This document shows positions 36,186-49,800 of a stretch of 64,000 nt of DNA, one piece after another (the stretch's first letter is position 1; each line of letters opens with the position of its first letter). The DNA is from Oopsacas minuta (lineage: Eukaryota > Animalia > Porifera): NCBI GenBank assembly GCA_024704765.1, contig JAKMXF010000222.1:1492400-1556399 (forward strand). The letters run 5' to 3'. Position numbers and translations under genes: made by a program. The notes below the pieces were generated by a model. It made no database searches. It saw nothing but the letters and a program-made list of their open reading frames with translations, and was not told the origin of the DNA.

Positions 36186-36866
36186 ATGGCCATTGACTTT
36201 TCTATGGATAAAGTATTTATAAACTTTCAAGCTCTGGACCCAATAGAGTTTGGTAAACAAGTTCTCCTAAAGTTCGAGATTTATCTCCGATTGATGGCGG
36301 TCCTATTCTCGATAATAGTATTCGCTTGTATCAGTGACAAGGCTCTATACCTAGTCAGTGAAAATGGTCAGGGTAGAATCGAGTGTCTATACAATAAAGA
36401 TACAAGTGCTTGTAACTATGGGATTGCGGTGGGTATTCTAGCATTCCTTTCTAATCTCATGTTTCTTGTCGTTGATGTAGGAATGGAGGTGGTCATTCAA
36501 CCTCTTATCTATCGTGTTATCGCTTTAAGCATTCTCATATTCAATGTTTTCTGGGGATTCCTCTGGTTTGTGCTGTTTTGCCTTCTAGCCAATCGCTGGA
36601 ATTCTACACCATCTACTTATAAGGCTACTGTGGCACCTCTAGCTTACAATGACACCCAAGCAGCTATTGCCTTCTCATTCTTCTCAATCCTCGTCTATGT
36701 TGGAATAGCCTTGCTTGGCTTATTGCGTGTGGTCAGGGGGCCAGGATTCATTGGTGACATCAGCTACTACCAACAACTATTCCATCAAAATAATCCTTAT
36801 GGTAAGTTTGATTCTTCAGAGAGCGGTGCTGACAGCTACCAAGCCCCCAGAGAGGAGACCTACTAG
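36186..36866 (+). CDS. Synaptogyrin-family MARVEL protein (paralogue A)
   Basis: LRLMAVLFSIIVFACI, CLYNKDTSACNYGIAVGILAFL, WGFLWFVLFCLLANRW, QAAIAFSFFSI. Four TM segments, intronless. Confidence 0.9.
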   Translation: MAIDFSMDKVFINFQALDPIEFGKQVLLKFEIYLRLMAVLFSIIVFACISDKALYLVSENGQGRIECLYNKDTSACNYGIAVGILAFLSNLMFLVVDVGMEVVIQPLIYRVIALSILIFNVFWGFLWFVLFCLLANRWNSTPSTYKATVAPLAYNDTQAAIAFSFFSILVYVGIALLGLLRVVRGPGFIGDISYYQQLFHQNNPYGKFDSSESGADSYQAPREETY

Positions 36867-37471
36867 ACTTCTAATGTTATTTTACTCGCTCTTTAGACTT
36901 GTGTTTTGTAAATCAAGAGAGTTAACCTTTATTTGATACTTTTCATATTGTATAGTTAGTATGTACTAGTAGGATTGCTTAATAAGTCGTATGTAAGTAG
37001 GTCATACGTATTATAGACTTATATTCAATATAATTATTATTAATAATCCTTTCTTGATTGATTTAAACTGGTATTTATCGATTGTTAGGGGATAGCGGGG
37101 CCGGTGGAGTCGCTCTGGCAATGGCCGGGACAATTTTGGCTATGTCCTGACCAGTATCTATTACCAGATCAATAAAATTTGCTTAAAATCTGGAATGAGT
37201 ATTATAGAACCCAATATACAATGATAGACACATTTTCATCAGTTAAACATTATGATACATACTAGAATCTTAGCTGACTTTTCGCACTTACATATATTAT
37301 TAATACATAGTGAATTTCACCCGCTGTATATGTATAATCAGCTTCCTCGCTATAGGACTAACATTATAACCTCACTTCTGACAGCCTACATGGAAGTATT
37401 AATAGTAACGTTATATCTGTAATATACTTGTCTTCGTTTTAGCAGTTTGAGTTGTGCACTCTAGACACAAA

Positions 37472-37759
37472 ATGAGTCGTTACTTCAAACCAATATACCC
37501 TTTAGAGAAACCATTAAAGACTTACAGCGGGTTTGTCAAGAGTCATGCCATGGAGAGATGGGGTCATATGCGAGAAAATACCGGTGATCATTTTAGGGTT
37601 ACTCCTCAGGTGGTCGCTACAGGTATGTTCTGGTTTATATTGCTACCCTGTAGTATGACCTATGCACTTGCTACGCTGATTTACCGGAAGGAGAAGAGGA
37701 ATGGAATAGACCGCCCATATATCATGTGGGTAGGAGACAAAGATCACGACGAAGTCTAA
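37472..37759 (+). CDS. NDUFB4: Complex I accessory subunit NDUFB4 (B15)-like, 95 aa
   Basis: AMERWGHMRENTGDHFRVTP followed by one TM helix and a basic tail, like the B15 pattern RW...R....FR.TP. ATG at 37472 follows CTCTAG. Confidence 0.6.
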   Translation: MSRYFKPIYPLEKPLKTYSGFVKSHAMERWGHMRENTGDHFRVTPQVVATGMFWFILLPCSMTYALATLIYRKEKRNGIDRPYIMWVGDKDHDEV

Positions 37760-38644
37760 TGTATTACCTCATTACATTACACTATTACACTATTATACAA
37801 TCCATGATTATTACCAATTTGAATATTACTGTTTAATTATATTAATTGGACACTAGGGAGTGATCATGTCATTCGCGGTTTACTCTGATCCAGACCCGTA
37901 GTCAGAATGTCAGAGTATGGGGGGCTGACTCTCCATGCTGGGAAAAAGCAAATTTTATGGTTGGGACAATCCGATTCCATTATCTAAGCAGGAGTAGATA
38001 TAGAATTTTCTGGTACATGTAGAGAGGGCATACCGAGCTTCTATAGAGGAAATCTGGAGAACTTGTCCCGGCAGTTAATCTATTCAAACTAAATAGGTTG
38101 ACTAACGATTATTGCTTGCCAGCTATGCTCTAAAGTCTAAAGCATAAAAGGTCTCTAATTTACTAAATATTAGTGACAAATAAATATACTGCAAAATGAA
38201 TCTAGCACGCAAACAGCAAACAGGCAATAAGTAGAGAGGCATATGGATAAGATTACTATACTGATTATACATATGGAATTCATATCTTCGTGGTTAAGCG
38301 ATATATTTATAGACAATTGAGTTGCGGTTATGGTAACACGAGTACCTACAGTAGGAGAACTGATGTGTGTGGATAACTTAGGGAGGAATCTAACAGATCT
38401 GATTTACCATATACTACTTGAGAAAGAGAGAGTGATTAGTAACCCCCAGCAATAACTCACTGAGAAGAGAGAGCTCATCCAAGAACTGTACAATTAGGGA
38501 TTCGGGATCCCGGGATTGGAATCCCTAAATGGAATAGGAGGTTACATCTCCTATAACTTCTGAATTTCAGATAACTTGTTTTCGTATTTCTCTTTTCCCA
38601 ACGTAACATATTTACTTTTCTTTTATAATATTCAAATTAATCAA

Positions 38645-38677
<33 letters not shown>

Positions 38678-39747
38678 CGTATATCTATACATAGCATATT
38701 ATAATCTAGACTTCTGTGCTGACATCATACTTAATAATTAATTTTAAGTGGTGCTTGTTTTGAAGCGATTTATTGGGGATTTATTCTTAACGAGCCTTTG
38801 GCTCGTCGCTTCGTGATGAATTCGGCGCATTGCGCCTCGAGGTATTCAACAGACAAACAACAATTGGGGGTTAATAATATTTTGATGTTGTTTACCATAT
38901 TCGGACTCAGCATACTCCAATACCCCAGGATAGTCGTTGAAAGTATGATTCTACCTCAATTTTGAAATTTATACTTTATATTCATAAAAACAACAATAAA
39001 TTTACATATAAGAAACTTGAAAATGCGAAATTCGGATTCAGCGTACTTACCTCTGGGTACCGTTTAGAGCAAGCCTGTACGTATATATTGAGATTTGGCT
39101 AATTTGTTTACTTTATATACATAAAATCAACAATAAATTTACATATGATTAATCCAAAAGTGTGAAATTCGGATTCAGCATGTTCGATATATTTAGTGAA
39201 GTTTTATTGAATTCTATTTACTTCCTTGATAAACACGATAAATACATAGTTATGGGACAATTTCAAAATTGCATACCATAAATCCTTTCCTTGACAACGG
39301 ACAAACAAACAGACAACAATTGTGATTTAATAATATAGATTAACCATACCAAAATGGTGTGAAAAATGAACAAAAAGGTGAAATATTAAAAAGAATTCGT
39401 ACCCTAAGTGAAAGTCTCCACCCCAAGAATGTGCACGTATGTTCACCAATTTTAGGTTAATCGGACTGCTAGATTTCGCACGGTCTGACGGACATACATC
39501 CGTCGCACATAGCCCATGCGATTAGGGCATCTCCCTATAGGAGCTGCAGTAAAATGTAAGTCTCAAATGTTTGCAGACTGGACTCATATTTGATTCAGCA
39601 GATCCAGACTCCAGCGTATTAAGGAATTCGTTCGAGATAACGGGCTCTCCACTTTTAATTTGCCATTCTCCCTTCAATTATGATCTCATTATTTATATAA
39701 TCACTACTGCATCACACAATAAATGCTAATTTATTATTTATCTTAAA

Positions 39748-40545
39748 TTACAAGGTTTCATCAAACTCATTACGAAAGCTGCCTTCTAATCGCGAGACTA
39801 TGGGTGTATGATAGTTTGTTTCTGAGTCTATCACCCTCCTCTCTAGGTTGGAGTACATAGCTTTTTTCCATAGATTGTGATAGAATGTTAGTTCTAGAAT
39901 GTTCCCTGGACCTCTGAGCAGCCTCATTATTCCTAACACAATAATAATGAGATATATTGTGAAGGAGAATAGAGCGAATGTTATAGCAGCTTGTACGTTA
40001 TTAACTATAGGTACTCCCTGTTTAAAATGCTCGTAATAGAGGTATTTGGGAGATAGAGACCACTGATTAGCCATGAAGCAGAACACAACAAACCAGTTAA
40101 ACCCCCATAACAGATTGAATACTAACATCCCTGCAGCAATAATACGATATAAAGTTAAGTGTATTATCAGTTCCATCGATAGGTCAATTAGAACTAAAAT
40201 TACGTTAGAAAGAAGCGCAATAACTCCTACTACAATCCCGTAGTCACAAGCTGCACTGTTGTTCATGACACACCAGCCTGGTTCGTAAGCTTTATCAGCT
40301 ATACACCCGAATACTATTATAGAGAATAGTATTGCGACTAATCTCACGTAGATCTCTACTTTGTATAGATAAGCTCTGAATAGCGCTGTGACGTCCATTC
40401 TATGAATATCAGCGAATATGTCATCCATACCAAGTTTGGGCGTGTTGAATTGACCGTACACGCCATAATGTCCATTCGTGTCCATACTGCTACTGTTGAT
40501 GAAACTACTATTATACTCGGGAATCCATTTTATATAGAATAGCAT
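39748..40545 (-). CDS. Synaptogyrin-family MARVEL protein (paralogue B)
   Basis: VRLVAILFSIIVFGCI, CVMNNSAACDYGIVVGVIALL, WGFNWFVVFCFMANQW, QAAITFALFS; colinear with paralogue A. The start may be the internal ATG (MDTNG). Confidence 0.9.
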   Translation of the reverse strand: MLFYIKWIPEYNSSFINSSSMDTNGHYGVYGQFNTPKLGMDDIFADIHRMDVTALFRAYLYKVEIYVRLVAILFSIIVFGCIADKAYEPGWCVMNNSAACDYGIVVGVIALLSNVILVLIDLSMELIIHLTLYRIIAAGMLVFNLLWGFNWFVVFCFMANQWSLSPKYLYYEHFKQGVPIVNNVQAAITFALFSFTIYLIIIVLGIMRLLRGPGNILELTFYHNLWKKAMYSNLERRVIDSETNYHTPIVSRLEGSFRNEFDETL

Positions 40546-41200
40546 TTCTCGGCAGCTTTAGAACATGTGCATATGGCCTCCCAACAAGACAATGCAACAC
40601 GTGTACAGCTAATGAATTATTGTACATATTCTTCTCTGGGTTTGTTGTTGTTTGTTGAGGCATTCGTTGGAAGACCTAACTGGTATCGATTATTCTCTTT
40701 AATCTATTCTATTGATACTTATATATCCGGTACAGTGTTAGATGTGTTAACTAGGAACCTTTAATTGCTACAATGGTACAATGCTCTAACTGATAGAAGC
40801 CCTCATGAACATTTCAGAATCTATAATAATTAAGTGATTATCGTTTGTTGTATAATACGTAGCTTATTCAATTAATCACATTATATATTTGCAACAAATG
40901 CGGAAAATTGCTACAATTATAATATTACCTGGAATTGCTTATCCGCATTATTTAATAGCTTCAAAGTTCAGTCAGCAGTAGGTCACCGGAGCAACAAGTA
41001 AATTTTGTTAAATTCTCCGTTACAATATGTAATAATATTTATTTCCAATATTCGCACATGCGCGAACCAGTGTATAGTTACACAATTACAGGATGTGGAA
41101 ATTTCAACATGTTAGAGTACACATTATTACAATACTATAAAGCTTGCTCTTTATATCAGTTTATTTTGTTCAATTATTAGATTTATATTATATTTGGTTT

Positions 41201-41482
41201 ATGGGAGGAGGCAAACGATTCGCTTACCCCGTAGATGTCTGGACTCCATACGGGGGTTGGTGGCCTGAAGGACCTGGTCCCAGAACTAATCGCAGAAACA
41301 CAACAATACTATGTATATTCCTAGTATTCGGTGTATTTTTACCAATTGGTTACATAAGTTCTAGGCTAGAGAGACGCTACAAACCTCCTATTCGTTTCAT
41401 TCCATCGCAGCTTTGGTGCAAGTATGCAGAGATAGACGATCCTAGACTGCTGGAACGGAATAAGAATAAGACATTACCTTAG
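41201..41482 (+). CDS. Complex I accessory subunit, NUUM / plant KFYI (NDUFC1)-type, 93 aa
   Basis: MGGGKRFAYPVDVWTPYGGWW...RRNTTIL-TM-SSRLERR..PPIRFIPSQLWCK resembles fungal NUUM (MGGG..YP..VWS..GGW) and Arabidopsis At4g00585 (WRRNTAI...LEQRP..PVRPIPSQIWCK), both from memory. Confidence 0.7.
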   Translation: MGGGKRFAYPVDVWTPYGGWWPEGPGPRTNRRNTTILCIFLVFGVFLPIGYISSRLERRYKPPIRFIPSQLWCKYAEIDDPRLLERNKNKTLP

Positions 41483-42557
41483 GTTATAATATTATCATTA
41501 TATGTTGATACGACAAGTTATAACGATCTCATATACGTATCTATTTGAGGTTTACCTAATTATCTCCTTCTAATTTGTGTTTAAAGTTTCCAATAGTACT
41601 ACAGTGCTCTATACAGTACTCTAGAATTCTCAAATATTATTGAATGAGGTATCAAACTCTTATTTTCACAGGGGGATATTTTCAAATTTCCGATTCCCAC
41701 GAGTTAATTTATTTAGACATGTTTTGCCTAATATATTAGGACATGTCATTCTGTGTTAAAATTCTTTTCAATCCCCAGGTTGTATTCATTTTATTATTTG
41801 GATAGTATTTTAGTATTAGATGGCGGATATAAGAACATGCCTGTTATAGGAACCCTATCTCTTTGAATATTTGTTGTTTATTTTACAATATATGGATACG
41901 TATATAGACGATAAAGTATAATGATTAGTTGTACTGTGTTTATCATAGTTGTATATCTCACGGATCCAAAGTGCGGCTCACGTAGTATTTTAATCCATCT
42001 CACTTTAATTTCACTTTAACATTTCCTGGGTATTGAAGCTATTTCAGTGATTCAAAAGGAATTGAATGGTGGCTATATAGTAGACCCTCGCTAATCGGAA
42101 CAGGGTCCAAAGCTTATATAATCTTGGAAATTGCCTGAAACTTAATTATATGATTGATTTATATCTAATTTTCATGTTGGCCGCGCTCGTATTGATAGGA
42201 ATGATAGCCAGTTTATGAGTTTTAATATCCTTATATTCAAATAATAATCTCGAGAATCCTGTACATAGGTATTAAATCCTGGACACATATAATCCTGGAC
42301 AATGGTCATTTACCTTATTGAGTATACGTATGTAAATGTTCCACATTTGACATAATCAACCGTAGTCCAATAATATAACATATTTTTGGACTAGGGTTGA
42401 TTATGTCACCTTATCTATTCTCAGGGATTAGTCCAGCTTTCGCACTGAAACTTAAATTTGAGTTAATATGGTGTATATGTGTTTAATAAATCACCTGACT
42501 GAACATCTTCCATATACCTAGAGCTCAGTATGTGTTCTTACTGCTCAGTGATTAGCT

Positions 42558-43406
42558 ATGTTGTACTTGATAGGATTAGGACTTGGAGACTGTAGAGACA
42601 TCTCTGTACGGGGTCTGGAGGTGGTGAGACGCTCAGCTAGAGTATATCTGGAGTGCTACACTTCTATCATGTTTGTATCCAAAGAAGAATTGGAGAAATT
42701 CTACGGACGGAGTCTGATACTAGCAGATAGAGAGTTGGTAGAACAGGGTGTAGGTGAGGTTCTAGAACTAGCTATGACTCAAGAAGTAGCATTCCTGGTA
42801 GCAGGAGATCCTCTAGCAGCTACTACTCATTCTGATTTAATTCTAAGAGCTCAGAAGAAAGGCGTTGAGTATAGAGTGTTTCATAATGCATCAATAATAT
42901 CAGCTGTTGCTTGCAGTGGATTACAGCTGTACAGATTTGGAGAGACTGTGAGTATTGTCATGTGGACAGATGACTGGCAGCCTGACAGCTTTGCTGATAA
43001 AATAGAGAATAATCTTTCTAGAGGTTTACACACTCTTTGTCTATTAGATATTAAGGTAAAGGAGCAAACTGTAGAGAACATGATGCGTGGTAATAAAGTG
43101 TTCGAGCCTCCTCGTTATCAGAGTGTATCGGAAGCAGCTGCTATTCTCTTATCTATTGTACAGCGTAGACAGGAGCAGGGGTGTTCCTACCTCTTAAAGA
43201 ATGATTCTCTTAGTATCGCTCTAGCTAGAGTAGGATCAGAAACTCAACAGATAGTGTCATGTACTCTCTCTCAACTAGCTACAGCTGATTTAGGGCCTCC
43301 TCTACACTGCTTAGTGATACCTGCTGGTATGCATCATATGGAGGAGGATATGGTAAAATGTTTTGCCCTCAAACAGCAACCTCATCCAATTAAGAATATA
43401 CAGTAG
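42558..43406 (+). CDS. DPH5: Diphthine methyl ester synthase
   Basis: MLYLIGLGLGD, VYLECYTS, LADRELVEQ, FLVAGDPLAATTHSDL, GLQLYRFGETVSI, HTLCLLDIKVKEQ, GPPLHCLVIPA. Confidence 0.98.
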   Translation: MLYLIGLGLGDCRDISVRGLEVVRRSARVYLECYTSIMFVSKEELEKFYGRSLILADRELVEQGVGEVLELAMTQEVAFLVAGDPLAATTHSDLILRAQKKGVEYRVFHNASIISAVACSGLQLYRFGETVSIVMWTDDWQPDSFADKIENNLSRGLHTLCLLDIKVKEQTVENMMRGNKVFEPPRYQSVSEAAAILLSIVQRRQEQGCSYLLKNDSLSIALARVGSETQQIVSCTLSQLATADLGPPLHCLVIPAGMHHMEEDMVKCFALKQQPHPIKNIQ

Positions 43407-43859
43407 AGAATAGACACAAGATTAACCGAATATAGTAATATGATAATAACATTCAATTTCTGTAATTTTATTTTACCTGAATGGATCTTCAGCTTGCTTT
43501 ACTATTAATATTTCCAACATTGTTAGATCATGTTAGATCACATTTATCATATGGGTTTACTTATACAGTGCAGCGGTGGCTTATAATAAAATCCCTATAC
43601 ACCATGGAAACATACTATGTAATTTGTATGCTCACTCATGGACTTAACATACGGCCGTGTATGTCACCGAGTAAGCCAAACATAGAAGGCCGATTTAGTT
43701 TTGTAATTTTAGGACAAACTAACGCTTTTCACCATTTGCCAAATAAACGAATCTAGCGATCATATCCTGATGTTGGATAGAATTATAATATATACGAATT
43801 TCATATCCTATTTCATGATTGTTTTTAGTCTAATTTGTTAGATTCTAGGCTGTTGGCTG

Positions 43860-46800
43860 ATGACTGACAGTTCTCTTTCTATCACATCACATTCTACCTG
43901 TAGTGATTTCCATGTCCTAACAGAAGTAGATCCTAATGTGAAGTATGGTAGAACTAAACTAACTGAAGACAGTATTGCTAAACTTCGAAATAAGATTGAG
44001 GTTCAGAAACGAAAAGTTTCAGATAGTTTGAGTTCTTCGTTTATTTCTTCACAAGGTAATCACATTACATTATTAGTATTCTATCCTATTAACACACTAT
44101 TAATCAGGTATCAGAACTCAAAACGGTGCTGAATTCATACTAGGGACTAATGAATGAAGCTACCGGAAATTTATAGGCAATAATTGCTAACACTAAATGC
44201 ACTTTAACGTAGCATTTATAAAGTTATCATGACATACTAACTTTTTCATCATCAAATTGTTACGTCTTATAATTATAATCGTATACAAATTTGAAATTAT
44301 GCTGTCTCTTATATTATAACTAGTTGTCGAGCCGAGGACAGCAAACGACTAATGTGTATATGTTAAATTACTATGTATAATTTGCAGATGATGAACTAAA
44401 CGTTCCTTCAACTCGTAAAGTAGCTAAATTCCAACACCCTGTCTACCCTGTATCTGTTACAACTACTGATAACTCTGCTCGTGTGGAGGTACCATCAAGG
44501 AAGATTGCTCTTAACGACCCAACCCTATCAGAGGAGATAAGGCCGAAAAGAATCATAGGTAAGGCAGATCCAACTCTCCCTGTATCCAATCTTAAAACCA
44601 AAACAGCTGTTTGGAGACCTCCTGTACACGAGAAACCCAAACAGAAGTGTGCTAAGCCTGCTTGTAAAGACATTAAATCTTCTTTCATAACTCCATTCTC
44701 TTGGAGGAGAGGACAAACTATAGCTAGTCAACTTCTGAGAACGAAGAGTCGTAGCGAGGGATCTCTATCAAACTCAACTAGCGTATCAGAAGATATCCCT
44801 GTGGCTGATGTATTGGACTCTAACGAGTGAGTGTCTGACTACAGTGGTTATCGCTTATAAGAACACCCTTGAGAGTAGGAAATTATGTTCTTATAACCGT
44901 TCTTATAAGCGATACCCACTGTATTATGAATACACTAACTGTATTTATCTCAATTTGTATAGATATATGCTGAGAGACGATATATTCAAAACTCTATCCA
45001 GAGATAATGGATTATTTAGTATGGAGAATGACTCTCTTAACATAGAATCAAGATCTAACATTAACATTAACCCTGAACAATACACTCTTCATGTCTCTAC
45101 CCACACTCCCTCTCCTGACCACACCATCTCCTCTCTCAGTCAATCAGCTCCGAATCTAGAAGAACAAGGAAAACCAGGGATTGTTAATATGAAATATAAG
45201 AGGAGGGTACCACCAGTAACAGCTCCTCCTGAGGAACCTATTCCTAAGGTTCGTCACTATGAGAGGAAAAGTATACAAGAGTATATTCGTAAGCAGAAGG
45301 AGGAGAGGAAACACAGAATAATGTACGAATACGCACGATTAGATTATAATAATAGAGTGTATATTTAATTGAATTTTAGGTTAGCGAACAAAGAGAAGAT
45401 GCGTGCTAAAGAAGTGAAAAAACAAAAGTTACAAGATCTTTATTCTAAGCAGAAATGTAAACTTCAAAGTAACTTACTACAATCCAAAGCTAAACAGCTG
45501 ACTGTTCCTGCTTCCTACTTCTCTGATACACAAGTACATAACACAACTATGGATATTACTGACGAGGATAGACAGGGATTTTCGGAAGATTCTCTTTCAG
45601 GACTTTCTCTATCTCCTCAGGCTCCTAAGTGGATAGATGAAAAATCTCATCAAGCCATTTCTCCACCTAGTTTCCATTTACAAGAACCTATTAAATCAGG
45701 TATTTTTGTAATATTATTGTACTAATTACATATCAATTATTTATCGTTGTCATCTCACTAGCTCCACAGACAAATGTCACACAACAAGTAAGAAGATCAC
45801 GAGCTGATATGTCCCTCTCTTTCGAAGCTGAAGATAGTTTAGATCTCTCTCCTCCCATCCCTCCCTCTCGTTCTACTCGTGTAGAGAATATTCGTATAGC
45901 AGCTCTGTCCTTGAGAGAGAAGCTAGCTGAAGGTTACCATAGGGCTGAGAGAGAGCTTGCTAATCTACCAGGCACTCCATCTTGTGATGACGTAATTGAT
46001 CGCCCCAGTATACATATGTATGTCTAGTGATAATCATAAATATACACATCATACTTATGTAATACATTATTCAGGTCTCATGTAAGCAAGGAGGATTCAT
46101 TACTCTCCGGAGGTATACTCTCTCTAGAAGCTAGCAATGAGACTCATAATCGTAGGAAATATACTGAGGAATTACAAATTCTACCTGACTCACTAGCGCC
46201 TGTATTTCTTGTTAACAAGTGAAGATAAATATAATTATTTTATTCTATCAACTTATTTCATAATCTAATATTATTTAGACCTAGGGAAGAGGAATCTGTC
46301 TCTAGAGAGAGTTCATTTAGAGGACGTGAAGTCCTCTCTCTTTCCCAGACAGACTGGAAGCAGCGAGCTGACGGAGATCCTATGAGTACTATTAACATTT
46401 ATGCTAGAAGACATCAACACCCCCCTGTTATTGAGCCTCGTATTATTGATACAGATCCCAAGGCTGTAGGAGTACAGACTTATTCACCAGAGCAGGAGCA
46501 CAGAGCAGTTGACACTATGTCTCTAAACACTAAGAGTATACAGTCTCGATCTATAGGAACTTCTTCTAGACAACCCTATATGAAGAATAAACCAAGATAT
46601 AAACCTAAGAGGAAGCAGCAGAGAGAATATATACCTGTAGAGGAGTCTAGAAAAGATGAGGATTTGTTAGTAGAGCAGATGAAACAACAGCTGGAGAGAC
46701 AGACACTTGTAGAAGCTGATAAATTAGTTAAAGTGGAGAAATTAGCGTAAGTTATTCTATTCTATCAACTCGCGTTATATCAAACACCGATATATGGAAA

Positions 46801-49800
46801 TGCCAGCTTATTTTTGAGTTTTAATATATTTTGGTTTTGATTTATTCGTATTTATAGGTCTAAGCTTCCTTCCAGTGAGCTACTATCTGAGCACCAAGTT
46901 AAGATTGCTCGTCAGCGGAGCTTTTTAGAACAACAAATAAAAGTACTAGTTAACCGTATTGAGCTGGAAACCAACAATCCTAGAGAGTTCCGTCAGCTAT
47001 CTCCACTAACAGAGACTACTGAGCCTGAGTTTGGAGAAGTTAGTAATTTTAAATGTGTAATTTTACCGTATCTGTACGCGTATTCCTCGAATAGTAGATG
47101 GGGCGATTATTAATTTTAGCTACTTATAGGTGTACCCAACTATCCATGCACTTGCTCAATTAATGTTTATCCAAAGTAACAGTTAGTAAATATCCAGGGA
47201 GGGAATATTCAGCGTAGACAAGTGCGTAGTCCGTTTCGGTTTTCCAAGATTGGTGGATTCTAAGGCCCGCAAGTACTTCCTTACACCACTGCGAATATAA
47301 ATTTATAGGTCCCTAGCTCAATTTGTGAGATTTTTGGGGGTAGAGGCTACTATTCAAGTAAATACAGCATATCAGTTATTTCTGTTACTAAAGATATCTA
47401 TTTATCTGTTAGAGAGCAGATGTAGATGATGAACTAGCTGCTCAACTGTCTCACAGTCCTGTAGACATACTGGGAGCTAATGCTAGACAGATTGAAGAAG
47501 CAAGAGAGAAGAATAGAACTACAGCTGGTCATTTAGCACTAGAGATCAATAGGGCGAGAGAGAAGGCAACTAGAGCTGTTATTGAGAAAGCTAAGCACCA
47601 GATTGAGTCAGATCAGGTTTGTATTGACATTTGTGTTATCCTTTACTACATATTTTCAAAGGATAACACCTCAGGTTTAGATCAAATTTTGATTTTAATC
47701 TAAAGTTCATATCTGTGATATTGACAATTATTTCTTATTACATTTAATATGGGGTACTCATAGTCTCGTAGCATAGTTATAGACTGACATTAACCTGGTA
47801 TGAGAAACATAAGCCTTCATCTGGGTGCTCAGCAGGCGAATGGAGGTATTACGTCCGCGAAAACTGTGTATATAGTAGCCATATTTGTTTCTCCTCTCTA
47901 TGTATACAAAAAATGATGGAATCCCTAAACGTCAATCAGCTCTGAGAAAATATAGTATATCCCTTAGTATTCAGTAATTCACCAAATTGTTAACAAATAT
48001 GTTTATCAAATTTCGAATGGTACAATATAACAAAAGTTTGAATGTTATAATTCTATTATTATCCATAGTGAAAGGAGCATATACAAAATATCTTTTCCAA
48101 ATTCAGTCAGAGAATAAAATTCGAAATCTAACCATTAGTTAAATTGTAAAGACAAAAAGTCTTTGCTTTGATACGTATATATATAATACTTGCCAACTGT
48201 CCCGCCAAAACTTGCCAAAAATCTTAATTCTTCCCGATTTTTTCTTCCCTCAGGTTGGAAAGTATGTTATATTGACCTTATCTTTTCAACCCTGATTGAC
48301 GTTTATGGACCCCGTGACACTTATAAATTCATTTCTTTTGAATTTTCTCCACACTAATACCAGTCTGCATTTCTCATCTGTCTAGAAAATAATTACTTCG
48401 ACACCAAGTGTAGAATCTCTCACCCATCCTTCCCACCCTCTCCCTCTTCTACCTCTCTCCCCCTCACACCTTGAAATAGCTCCAAACAGCTCAGCACTCA
48501 TAATCTACCCAGAAGATTTTAATTCTGAGAGTATTCTCTCTGTTCAAGATAATTCTGAGTTAGTTTAAGGATTGTGTATTTTGTCATATTTGATTGTTAG
48601 GCGAAATCCTTTGATCTCAATTCTCTAATTGGCATTGCGACAAAAAATAACAAAATGCCTCTTAAGAAAACTACTTCAACTGTAAAATATAACTAATAAG
48701 TCGAATAATATTTGGTGAATAATTTCGCCGATTCGGTAATGCTACTATCCATGATTACTGATATTCGGTTCGAGCGGTTTCAACATTGCTAAATTCACAT
48801 TAATTCCTGTAAAATATTACCCTTTCAAAGTAGGTTGCATTACTGAAGCAATTGACCATCTTCTAGAAATTATTACATAGGTTAGATAACAGTTGATGTA
48901 ATTGTTCTCCGCTGGTATCCCGCGGCACACTTGTGTGTCTTAGAGAGCGCGTGAGAGAATCAAGTGAGGGCCAAATGCGAATGTTCGTATCTAAATTGTG
49001 TGACCGATCATCATGGTGCTGAAATTCAGTATTTCGTTTGATTACTAACAATAACCTCTTCCCTAATGCAAAATGCAAGGATATACTAAACTATTACATT
49101 ATCATAGCCTATGATTTTATGAATTAATATTACAGATCAGTTACTCACATTTCCCAATCTAAACAAGATATAGATGAGGAAATACAGCTGGAACCAAACA
49201 CTGATAAGCTAGGTAACTATTCTTATATGTAAATACTATATTTATCACAACATCTGTATTCTTACAAGCTTTTGGCTTGTTTCAATTAGTTACTATTACT
49301 TCGCAAATGTAAGATAATACAATAGCATAAATTAAAGTTTGTTCTCATCCGCGATTTCTTGGAAAACCGGACGGGACAATTTAAAAAAATTTTTGTGATT
49401 AAATCTCAAGTGTTGTCTGTTTGTATGTTGTCAATCCGATTTTGCATTTCAAGTTTCTCATATGTATATGTTTTTATGAATATAAAGTACAAAAATTAAT
49501 CAAATTTCAAAGCATTCTGATTGAGCATATGAATACGTTTCAAAATCAATTCATCAGCTTAACGACGTATAATTTCCAATTTGAATCTAAGATATTACCT
49601 CATCCATTCCTATACCTGTCCTATTACTACTGCCTGTAGATCAGGTGTTACCAGCTGTCCATGCTATAACAGAAGATAGTATGATATCTATCAGTGATAT
49701 GTCAATGGCTTATACCTCAGAAGCAGAACAACTACAGTATGAAGACAAAATATTCCAAATGTTGCTCCCCTCCAAAAGTCATCGTCTTCATTCTAACCGT

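Noticed and set aside
43481-43756. 91-aa ORF between DPH5 and CEP350
   Set aside because: AT-rich, no motif, no coding-like pattern; likely chance.
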